Part shown: in pieces, positions 1 through 10,159 of the stretch | Layout: each line of letters starts with the position of its first letter | Position numbering within the stretch: the stretch's first letter is position 1 | Assembly (NCBI GenBank): GCA_964016885.1 | Contig: OZ024742.1 | Coordinates: 295,368,001 to 295,432,000 of the forward strand | DNA length: 64,000 bases | Direction of reading: 5' to 3' | Source: Eledone cirrhosa | Taxonomy: Eukaryota | Made by a program: the position numbers and the translations under genes | Notes under the pieces: generated by a model | Seen by the model: the letters and a program-made list of their open reading frames with translations, nothing else | Told to the model about the DNA's origin: nothing | Databases searched by the model: none

Positions 1-236
1 TCTAGGTCTATTTTCGTACTCTGTATATGCTACCTTATCGACAAATCCACTCCGAGCAAGAGCTTCATTGTAATATGTGGAATGGTCGTTGAAAATATGC
101 TCGTTAGTAGATAGACGGGAAAGCCTCAACGAAACGTTTCTTACCAGGTTCTTGGTTATGCTGGCAGGATGGTTGGAATGCTTACTTATGTAATTAAGCG
201 TATCATTCGGCTTTCTATACGGGTAATACAACCCAT

Positions 237-283
237 ATTATATATATATTATATATATATATATATTATATATATATATATAT

Positions 284-316
<33 letters not shown>

Positions 317-416
317 ATATTATATTATATATATATATATATTATATATATATTATATATTATATTATATATATTATATTATATATATTATATTATATAT
401 ATTATATTATATATAT

Positions 417-498
<82 letters not shown>

Positions 499-622
499 TA
501 TATATATATAATATATATATATATATATAATATATATATATATATATAATATATATATATATATATAATATATATTTATATATATATTATATATTATATT
601 ATATATATTATATTATATATAT

Positions 623-660
<38 letters not shown>

Positions 661-730
661 TTTATATATATATATATAATATATATATATATATATAATA
701 TATATTTATATATATATATATATAATATAT

Positions 731-764
<34 letters not shown>

Positions 765-939
765 ATATATATATAATATATATATATATATAATATATTA
801 TATATATAATATATATATATAATATATATATATATATTATATATATATATAATATCTATATATATATATAATATATATATATAATATATATTATATATAT
901 AATATATATATATATATTATATATATATATAATATATAT

Positions 940-973
<34 letters not shown>

Positions 974-994
974 ATATATATATATATATATAAT

Positions 995-1053
<59 letters not shown>

Positions 1054-1076
1054 ATATATTTATATATATATTTATA

Positions 1077-1110
<34 letters not shown>

Positions 1111-1177
1111 ATATATATATATATAATATATATATAATATATATATATAATAATATATATATATATATATATATATA
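237..1177. repeat. (TA)n microsatellite array, imperfect
   Basis: Direct reading; source of the spurious I/Y-rich ORFs. Confidence 0.97.
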
Positions 1178-2439
1178 CAGGGTGCGGACGATATTTGTTC
1201 GCAAGATTACTGTCTAGCAAAAAATAACACAGTAGTTTTATTTTTTAAGATATATTTATCAAACTTGGGTCAGTTTGTCTTCATGACTTGTTCTCTCGAT
1301 CTCACTCGATAAACCCACCATTGACTTTGATGACGGCCTCAAGGCGGCCTCGGAACCGGCTACAGGCCTTCATCACTGTCCTCCGACTTAGGCCCCTAAA
1401 GGCACTTGTGATCCTGGCCTTCAGATCGTGTTTCGTATTGCAGCTAGATCTGTTGGTGTCTAGTTCCACTGCGCACCACACAAAGAAGTTGAGGGGGTTG
1501 CTGTCAGGCGAGCTGGGAGGCCAGATGTCAGGTGAAGTGTGGTTGACAAAGTTCTCTGACAGCCAGGCTTGGGTCTTTTGGATGGTATGGCAGGGCGCTG
1601 AGTCTTATTGCCACTACCTCGCTCAGAACGCGGATGTAGCCATCGGTGTTCAGCTTGAGGCCCTCAGGGAAGAAGTGAGATGGCATGATGTCACCTTGAC
1701 TGCTGTGGACACCTAAGACCAATGTTGTTGCTGGAAACTTTGTCTGCATGTCTCTGGGCATGTCTTTGGATGAGACAGCGAGCCACCTGTTGTTCTGGGA
1801 GTTGATCTTCTGGTCTTGGCAGAAGTTTTTCTCGTCGGAGAAAAACCACCGCATGTCTGGCTCCAGTGTGGGTTTCAACTTGTTGATCAGCTTCTTTGCG
1901 TGCTTCAGTCGATTTTCTTGCATCGCCTTTGACAGAAATTGTCCTTTCCTCATCTTGTATGAAACTTAGTGAATGTCTTCAAGTACCACCAGCCTAATGA
2001 GCTTTTCATCCACGCCTTCTCCCGTGCAATGGCACGCATCGACTTGCTAGGTTCATTGTTGATGATATCCTGAACTGCAGCGACGAACTCGAGCATTTTG
2101 AAGGCATCAGATCGTCGATCATGTGTTTTCCTCTCTGGTGTTGCTTCGTAGTCGAATCCTGAATCTTCCAATGCTTTTCTGACCTTTTCCACCATTCTGC
2201 TGCTGACGCTGAGAAAGTCTGCAATTTCCTTATTTGTCCTCCCGGCGCGGATTCCAAGAAGAACTCCGTGTCTCTTCCACAAATTTGGAGGTTCAAAATT
2301 ATTCATAATCAATTATTCTGAAAATAAATAATGGAAAGATAGTCACTGTTTTTATGAAGACAAGAGTGACAACGGAAGTAAAAAAAAATTGCATAAAATT
2401 AGCAGTTGAAAATTGCGAACAAATATCGTCCACACCCTG
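1178..2439 (-). mobile_element. Tc1/mariner superfamily DNA transposon, DD37D (maT) family, full length, inactive
   Basis: 27-bp TIRs CAGGGTG(C/T)GGACGATATTTGTTCGCAA at 1178-1204 and 2413-2439 (1 mismatch), flanked by TA and inserted in a (TA)n array. Confidence 0.93.
1302..2312 (-). pseudogene. DD37D transposase pseudogene
   Basis: HTH N-terminus (2312-1950), FFSDEKNF first Asp, then WQ*DSAPCH...WPPSSPDSNPLN with 37 residues between the 2nd and 3rd catalytic positions (third D mutated to N); ends GGFIE* at 1302. Frameshifts and a nonsense codon. Confidence 0.9.
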
Positions 2440-2447
2440 TATATATA

Positions 2448-2543
<96 letters not shown>

Positions 2544-2647
2544 TATATATATAATATATAGTATATATATAATATATAGAGTATATATATATATAATATA
2601 TATATATACTATATACTATATATAGTATATATATATATAATATATAG

Positions 2648-3023
2648 AAAAACTTGGGACGACTTGATAAATTCCGACCTCACACACTTACACCTCTCAA
2701 GACAATGTCACTGGACCGAGATCTTTGGCGCTACACAGTAATAGAGAAGACCCGCCTTACCTAAGTGCAAAGTGAAACCTACTACAGTCAGTAGGCACCG
2801 CTAACAAAATACACCCCGTCCCACTACCCCCACCCCATTCACACCACCCCTTTCAATGTAAAGTTATGTTGGTACCACGGCAAAAAAGCACCCAGCACTC
2901 ACTGTAAATGAGGTTGGTGTTAGAAAGGGCATCCAGCTGAAGAAATCAAGCCAGATTCAGTTCCCGTCCCACCCTTGCAAGCAGGGAAAAAGCGGACGTA
3001 AAATGAAATGATGATGATGATGA

Positions 3024-3026
<3 letters not shown>
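2648..3026 (+). mobile_element. 3' fragment of RTE LINE (same subfamily as 22412-24670) with (ATG)n-tailed module
   Basis: 2648-2870 is nearly identical to 24166-24392; ends ...GGACGTAAAATGAAATGATGATGATG. Confidence 0.85.
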
Positions 3027-3077
<51 letters not shown>

Positions 3078-3149
3078 AGCGGAGCAAGCAATTATCAAAC
3101 AATTCTCTAAATAAATTAAAAAATAATTTAAATAATCACCTGTTCTATT

Positions 3150-3229
3150 GCTGTTACCGACGGTTTCACCAATCCAAAGATTGGAAATCCAGAGAATTTC
3201 CAATGGAAAGAATTAGATCTTCAGACAGC
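3150..3229 (-). ncRNA. Type I hammerhead ribozyme, copy 1
   Basis: Minus strand: GCUGU-CUGAAGA-long stem II (CUAAUUC/GGAUUGG plus AUUGGAAAUUC/GGAUUUCCAAU)-GAAA-CC-GUC-GG-UA-ACAGC; GUA cleavage triplet, stem I GCUGU/ACAGC. Confidence 0.85.
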
Positions 3230-3619
3230 TTATTTCCATACTATAAGGTTGCTAATCTCACAGTAAGTCAATATTTCGCTTCCTGCCTAACGCATGCGGT
3301 CAGGCCTTTAAAATGACACACACGCAAAATCAGGTCACAAGTAAGAGCTGTTTTATTATAAACTTGTTGATAATGCCACTAAAACCAGCAGCACGATACA
3401 ACGTTTTGTTCTCTACATAAGGAGAAAAATTATAAAAGGGTATGGATATTTCAACAGGCACTAGGTGCCTATAGAAATATGCAAGGTGTTTATAATAGTT
3501 GTTGTTCGATGGTACTAATTTGAGATACCAGAACAATATAAAATGAGCGGAGCAAGCAATTATCAAACAATTCTCTAATAAATAATAAAAAAACGATTTA
3601 AATAATCACCTGTTCTATT

Positions 3620-3699
3620 GCTGTTACCGACGGTTTCACCAATCCAAAGATTGGAAATCCAGAGAATTTCCAATGGAAAGAATTAGATCTTCAGACAGC
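3620..3699 (-). ncRNA. Type I hammerhead ribozyme, copy 2
   Basis: Identical to 3150-3229, 470 nt away. Confidence 0.85.
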
Positions 3700-3904
3700 T
3701 TATTTCCATACTATAAGGTTCCTAATCTCACAGTAAGTCAATATTTCGCTTCCTGCCTAACGCATGCGGTCAGGCCGTTAAAATGACACACACGCAAAAT
3801 CAGGTGAAACCGTCAGTAACAGCAATAGAACAGGTGATTATTTAAATCGTTTTTTAATTTATTTAGAGAATTGTTTGATAATTGTTTACTCCGCTCATTT
3901 TATA

Positions 3905-4125
3905 AACCATGAAACCTTCAGGCATCCTGACAAAAAACGTACCAGTCATCTCAAGAACCAAGTGTTTAACCTAAAAAATAATGGCACACCATTCTCTATT
4001 AAATGGAGGATAGTGGAAAGAACCACCCCTTACGCCAATGGAATAAAATTTTGCCAGCTGTATAGCTCGGAGAAGTGGAATATACTCTCACAACTAGCTT
4101 CATTGAAATGCTGCTTAAATACGCA
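3905..4125 (+). pseudogene. Penelope-like element GIY-YIG endonuclease C-terminal fragment
   Basis: NHETFRHPDKK...LKNNGTPFSIKWRIVERTTPYANGIKFCQLYSSEKWNIL resembles the PLE endonuclease C-terminus (H..SFR..L..YxIKW.I...PY..G...C.LC..EK..IL), recognised from memory of the family. Confidence 0.7.
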
Positions 4126-4278
4126 CCTTCATATATCATCACTGGAGTGTTGCACTGTTGGTCCAGGTGGCATTCCTCTGGAATTTTCTACCTATATTAG
4201 TCTTCATGTTGAGCACGAATGGTGGCATGAACCACACAACAGCTTTATGTCTAGATTTTTCTTGCTAGATTTAGTGCA

Positions 4279-4328
<50 letters not shown>

Positions 4329-4399
4329 TATTTGTGTGTTGTGTGTGTTGGACCTCAGTCAGTTTCAGCAATGAGTGTTCTTGTTGTTTAATTTAATTT

Positions 4400-5053
4400 A
4401 AATTTGAATTAGAGATATTCTGGACAAAATGCCCATTGAACTTTTTTGCTGAGGAACATATTCCTACATATTGTATATATTATAACACTTTAAATTAGTA
4501 TATATCTGCCTCAAATTCTCAATTTATTGAGCTGCTTGTGCTGCGATTGGTACATCATACTTATTTCTAGCAGACACGATGTCCAGTCCTATTTATATCT
4601 GCTGTCACTGTTAAATATAAATTCACCCCATGCGATCTGGATTGACTATTTCTCTGAACATCACAGATATAAAGGTATTTTGTATTTTACTGGATCTTAT
4701 AATGAGACAATTTCCTTTGATGATTAGTTACATGTCTCCTGGAGTTGCACCAAAATCGATATTTGGTAATCGATAATCAATTACCTAGATGGGTTTTCAA
4801 TCCAGTTCTAGGAGCTATGAAATTACACCATAAGGGATTTTAGTTTTTCCACCTTAAAACATGGTTTTTCCAAAATATTATATGTTTTTTATATATATGT
4901 ACAGAATACTCTGTTTCTCTAATGATATATAACTATATATATATTTTTTTTAGAAATTTGAATTATTGATGTTCTGGATAAACGTCCACTGAGCTTTTTC
5001 ATTGAGAAACATATTCATCATACATATTGTATATGTTATGATACTTTAAATTA

Positions 5054-5060
<7 letters not shown>
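4400..5060 (+). repeat. Diverged direct repeats (~4400-4506 and ~4954-5060) bracketing a hammerhead-like motif; probable old Penelope pLTR
   Basis: AAATTTGAATTA...TTCTGGA...ACATATTC...CTTTAAATTAGTATATAT appears twice, ~554 bp apart. Confidence 0.6.
4712..4837 (+). ncRNA. Hammerhead-like motif with large stem II insertion (C3U variant)
   Basis: UUCCU-UUGAUGA-stem II (UAG/CUA plus CUCCUGGAGUUG/CAGUUCUAGGAG)-GAAA-U-UACACC-A-UA-AGGGA. Confidence 0.5.
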
Positions 5061-5085
<25 letters not shown>

Positions 5086-5341
5086 TGTAAATGTGGTTGA
5101 TGTTAGGAAATGCATCCAGCTGTAAAAAAAGCCTGCCAGAGACACTTCCCTACAAGCGAGACACGATCTCCCGACCATTCTCGTATCAAATGGAACAAAA
5201 CCATCTAACCCATGCTAGCGTGGAAGATGGACATTAAACGATGATGATGATATATACATATGTATCAGGATTAAACCAGTTTTAAACTAGCTAGACCATT
5301 ATTCAACAGAGTACTCAACACTTGGGATAATAGAGTGTGAC

Positions 5342-5454
5342 TATATTAGAAAGAGTCAGGGCTCATTGGCTGAGCTCTTGCCATTTCAACAGCTAATTAC
5401 AGAACTAGCTGTTGAAATGGAAAAAGCTCAGCCAATGAGCCCCGAGTCTTTCTA

Positions 5455-5459
<5 letters not shown>
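5342..5459. repeat. ~54-bp-arm near-perfect hairpin, 10-nt loop
   Basis: 5342-5395 is the reverse complement of 5406-5459; a related dispersed copy lies inverted at ~13797-13930. Confidence 0.85.
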
Positions 5460-5485
<26 letters not shown>

Positions 5486-6489
5486 CAATAAAATATAAAT
5501 AAATAAAATAGAAAAAAATGTGTTTTCTTATGTTGAATTAATTTACGATGCTGAACCAGGCATTTAAAAGCCATCACATAGAATCGTAATAAAAGGATAG
5601 AGAATCTTCTCTCAGAAACAAATGGATGATGTCAATGCATATAATATCTATATAATAAAATCTGGTTTAGGTAATATGTTGAAGCTATATACATAATTTA
5701 GATTAACTAATTCTCTCTCACACACGGATGCACACTCATACACTCTAGCTTTCTTTGCATTCAAACATACACATACAGCATTCTCTCTCTTTCATCACAC
5801 ATACATACTCATACACACACCACCTCTCTCTCTCTCTTTCATCACACATACACACACACCACCTCTCTCTCTCACTCTTTCATCACACATACACATATAC
5901 ACACCATCTCTCTCTCTCTTCATCACACATGCTTTCTCTGTCTCGCTTTCTCCATACATACAGATACTATATCTTTCTCTATTCCTCCTTACACACACAC
6001 TCAAAGATGCACATGCATACACTATCTCTTACCTACACACACACTCAAAGATGCACATACATACACTATCTCTTATTTACACACACACACACACACACAC
6101 ACATTTAAAGATGAACATGCATACACTATCTCTTACCTACACACACACAATTCAAAGATGCACATACATACACTATCTCTTATTTACACACACACACACA
6201 CACATTCAAAGATGAACATACATACACTATTCTCATTTACATACACACATTCAAACATACGCCTACACTCATACTCTGTTGCTGTGCGTTTCTTTTCACA
6301 CACACACACAGACATTCACAGAAACATTCTCTCTCTTTTTCTCACACACTTTCTCCATATACACACATATACACACTCAAACGTATACATGCATACAGTC
6401 CCTCTTTCTGTCTTTTTCTTCACACCAACACTCAAACATAAACATACACAGTCTCTCTCTCTCTATCACTTCTGCACACATATGCAAAT

Positions 6490-6652
6490 ATACACATTCA
6501 AACATACACATATACACACATTCAAGCATACACATATACACACATTCAAACATACACATATACACACATTCAAACATACACATATACACACATTCAAACA
6601 TACACATATACACACATTCAAACATACACATATAAACACATTCAAACATACA
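6490..6652. repeat. 24-bp tandem repeat (CACACATTCAAACATACACATATA)n
   Basis: About 7 copies; gives the HTFKHTHI pseudo-ORF. Confidence 0.9.
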
Positions 6653-7151
6653 CAAACACACACACACACATATAGGTATATCTATATATACATATATATA
6701 TATTTTACACACACACACACTCTCTCTGTGTCTTACTTTCTTCACACACACACATGAAACATATGTATATCTATATATACATCATCATCATCTATATAAT
6801 ATTCTAAAAACTCACAAACTTTTAATTTTTCGCGCACACACACACACATATACACACACACAGAAACACACTCTCTCTTTGTCTTACTTTCTTCACATAG
6901 ACACCTTCTCTTACTTTCTTCACACAATCACTCTCTCTATTCTTTTCTCCAATATAGCTAACATTCTCTTTCCAGCACATTCCATAATAGCCATGCTTTA
7001 TTAATGATATATATATTTTAGATTTGTTCAAATTAATGCCAAAGATGTTATAAAGCTTTCTTTGAAGATCAAGAAGCTTCACGATATATTTTCCCAATAA
7101 AAATATACATCAAAGTCAAATAATTTAAAAATAAATACACACACACACATC

Positions 7152-7213
<62 letters not shown>

Positions 7214-7419
7214 TGTTTATATATGTATATATATATATGAGTGTGTGAGTATATATATATATATATATGTACATATATGTATGTATGTATATAAATATAT
7301 ATATATCATTGGATACCATCAGAGTTGCAGGTGTTATATCAGAGTTTTCCTTCTCCTAGAATTCTGCCTTGACAAAGGCTAAGGGGTCATGTTCTTCTGT
7401 TTGGTAAATATCATCTTGG

Positions 7420-7694
7420 TTAAGAGAGTGGGACTGGCTTCGTGCAGTGCCTTTGCTCACTATAAAAGCTTCACGGCACAGGCATTGCTTTATATCTGGA
7501 GATCTCTCTGCACTTGTCGTCACATGGTACCATGGGCCCAGCACTATGTGTCAATAATTGTCACAAGTGTAGTGTTTGTACCAGAGTTTTCAAGTCACTG
7601 GCTGGACTAAAATGTCACTCGTTCAGCGCATCGGTAGGAGTTCTCCTACATGGATATAAAGTAGTGGCCATACTCGAAAACGAGTTGGCAGCCA

Positions 7695-7697
<3 letters not shown>
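7420..7697 (+). mobile_element. 3' end of a distinct RTE-like LINE with C2H2 finger
   Basis: CSVCTRVFKSLAGLKCH motif; 3' terminus GGCCATACTCGAAAACGAGTTGGCAGCCACCA followed by (TA)n also occurs inverted at ~20525-20560. Confidence 0.55.
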
Positions 7698-7755
<58 letters not shown>

Positions 7756-7777
7756 TATATATATATAAATAAATATA

Positions 7778-8030
7778 TCATCATCATCATCATCATCACC
7801 GTTTTACGTCCGTTCTTCCACGCTAGCATGGGTTAGACGGGTTGTCCTGTTGTGGGCAGTGTCTGGTCGGCTGACCATGCCTTGCTCATACAGGAACTGA
7901 TCTGGCTTGATTTCTACAGCTGGATGCCCTTCCTAACACCAACCTCATTTACAGTGAGTGCTGGGTGCTTTTTCGTGGCGCCTACACGTCCACTTTACAG
8001 TGTGGGCTGGGTGCTTTTTTGCCGTGGCAC
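7778..8030 (-). mobile_element. RTE-derived bipartite SINE-like element
   Basis: GCACCCAG..CTGTAAA..GTTAGGAAGGGCATCCAGC head and AACCCATGCTAGCGTGGAAGAACGGACGTAAAAC plus (ATG)n tail on the minus strand. Confidence 0.7.
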
Positions 8031-8167
8031 CTCCACGACCACCTTGCGGTGGGGGGGGGGGGGGGGCATATTGTTTATATGCTTCAGCATGTACCCATGG
8101 GAGGTTGGGTACCCTGTATTACTGCGTGACGCCAGAAGTCACGGTCGTGTGTCATATATATATATAA

Positions 8168-8274
<107 letters not shown>

Positions 8275-8277
8275 AAT

Positions 8278-8326
<49 letters not shown>

Positions 8327-8396
8327 CATACATACATATATGTACATATATACATATATATATACTCACACACTCATATATATATATACATATATA

Positions 8397-8438
<42 letters not shown>

Positions 8439-8440
8439 TA

Positions 8441-8496
<56 letters not shown>

Positions 8497-8504
8497 CTTA
8501 CAGA

Positions 8505-8547
<43 letters not shown>

Positions 8548-8548
<1 letters not shown>

Positions 8549-8692
8549 GGTGCCATGGAAAAAAAGCACCCAGCACTCACTGTAAATGAGGTTGGTGTTA
8601 GGAAGGGCATCCAGCTGTAGAAATCAACCCAGAATCAGTTCCCGTCCCACCCTTGCAAGCAGGGGAAAGCAGACGTAAAATGATGATGATGT
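8548..8692 (+). mobile_element. RTE-derived bipartite SINE-like element
   Basis: Head resembles the RTE 5' UTR (13300-13375); the last ~50 nt match the RTE 3' end at 10160-10210 almost exactly. Confidence 0.8.
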
Positions 8693-8694
8693 CT

Positions 8695-8732
<38 letters not shown>

Positions 8733-8958
8733 CATATATACATATATGTACATATATACATATATGTACATATATACATATATACATATATGTACATATA
8801 TACATATATACATATATGTACATATATACATATATATATACATACATATACATATATACGCATACATATATACACATACATATTTACATACATTTTCATA
8901 TATATATATATACATATTTATATATATGTATATATATATACATATATATATATATATG

Positions 8959-8992
<34 letters not shown>

Positions 8993-9097
8993 CGTTAAAC
9001 AATGATGATGATGATATATATATATATATACATATACACATATACATATACACATATATACATACACATATATAGATATACATATATACATATATAC

Positions 9098-9222
9098 AGT
9101 GGTTAGAGCATTGGGCTTGCAATCGAAAGGTTGTGAGTTCAATTCTCAGACCAGGTGATGTGTTGTTTCCTTGAGCAAGACACTTATTTCACATTGCTCC
9201 AGTTTACTCAGCTGTAGAAATG
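9098..9222 (+). mobile_element. tRNA-derived SINE (CORE-like central domain)
   Basis: A-box TGGTTAGAGCATTGG, B-box GAGTTCAATTC, then TCCTTGAGCAAGACACTT; a related minus-strand copy lies at ~51520-51660. Confidence 0.65.
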
Positions 9223-9474
9223 TGATGATAGGACTGTGGTCCCTATCATTGCATACCACACATGTTGTCTCGCCTAGCATTGGAGGGATAGAGCTGCATA
9301 CAGTTGGCTGTTTATGTGATTGTCAACACTGTCTGCATGCAGGAGTTCCCTAATTAATATTTGGAACACTTTGGATTTGAAATTGAACCTTCCTATGTAT
9401 GTATATATATATCAATGCCCATAGGTGTGAAAAAGGAAAATGGAAAACAGTGCTCAATCAGGATGTGAGCTGAA

Positions 9475-9713
9475 ATATTATATTATTTATTTATGTTCAT
9501 ACATGGAACAAAGGCACTACCTAAGGTTTCAAGGCCCAATATTGACCATATCTCAATGTAAGAATGATAAAATGTTTACCAAATTGTCAGGCACTTATAT
9601 GAGTTTAAGCACCTGAAGATTAGGTCACAAATTTGATCTCTCTTACATATTGGAGATATGAACCTTAGGTAGTGCTTTTGTTCCATGTATGAACATAAAT
9701 AAATAATATAATA
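9475..9713. repeat. Inverted repeat built from two degenerate hammerhead-bearing copies
   Basis: 9475-9528 is the reverse complement of 9661-9713; the right half reads AAGCAC-CTGAAGA...GAA-CC-TTA-GG-TA-GTGCTT and the left arm retains GAAACCTTAGGTA on minus. Confidence 0.75.
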
Positions 9714-9766
9714 TAATGTATGTTATGCTGTTAGACGAAATGAATTAGTTAAGGTATCTATATCTT

Positions 9767-9814
9767 ATTTAATTCTGATGGGTTCTATTAGGATGAAACA
9801 GAGGTAAATTAAAT
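9767..9814 (+). ncRNA. Minimal type I hammerhead motif, A9G core mutation
   Basis: 8-bp stem I AUUUAAUU/AAUUAAAU, CUGAUGG, stem II GUUCU/AGGAU, GAAA-C-AGAG-G-UA. Confidence 0.6.
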
Positions 9815-10159
9815 TATGATATAATCAACAGTTTTTGGTACTATATTCAATCCAAAATTTGCTCTACATGTGTAGATAAATTTGCATATTAGGAATTCAT
9901 ATATATTAAAAACAAAAAAATATGTAGCCTTATGTACAGTTTATTGTAATAAATATCGTATTTTGAGCTGATATAACTTTTTCACCTACACCTTTCCGGT
10001 TTTTATATTTGGAAACGAATTTCTCTCTCTCTCTATCTATCTCTCTCTATATATATATAGTTTCAGAAGATCCCATAAAAGGGTGAAAGCAGCGATTCTT
10101 TGCTTAAGCTTTAATCTGTACTTATAATAAATATTTGCTCTACAGGTTTATATATATAT

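Larger units (their letters stand above)
3069..3904 (-). mobile_element. Penelope-like pseudo-LTR / retrozyme-like element: ~1.56 tandem copies of a 470-bp unit plus a ~100-bp inverted terminal copy
   Basis: 3071-3333 repeats at 3541-3803 (offset 470); 3803-3904 is the reverse complement of ~3069-3170; each unit carries a hammerhead motif. Confidence 0.85.

Noticed and set aside
169-1220. I/Y-rich ORFs here and in other (TA)n, (CA)n and (GA)n tracts
   Set aside because: Translations of microsatellites.
9098-9155. tRNA gene
   Set aside because: A/B boxes run into a SINE body; no complete cloverleaf.
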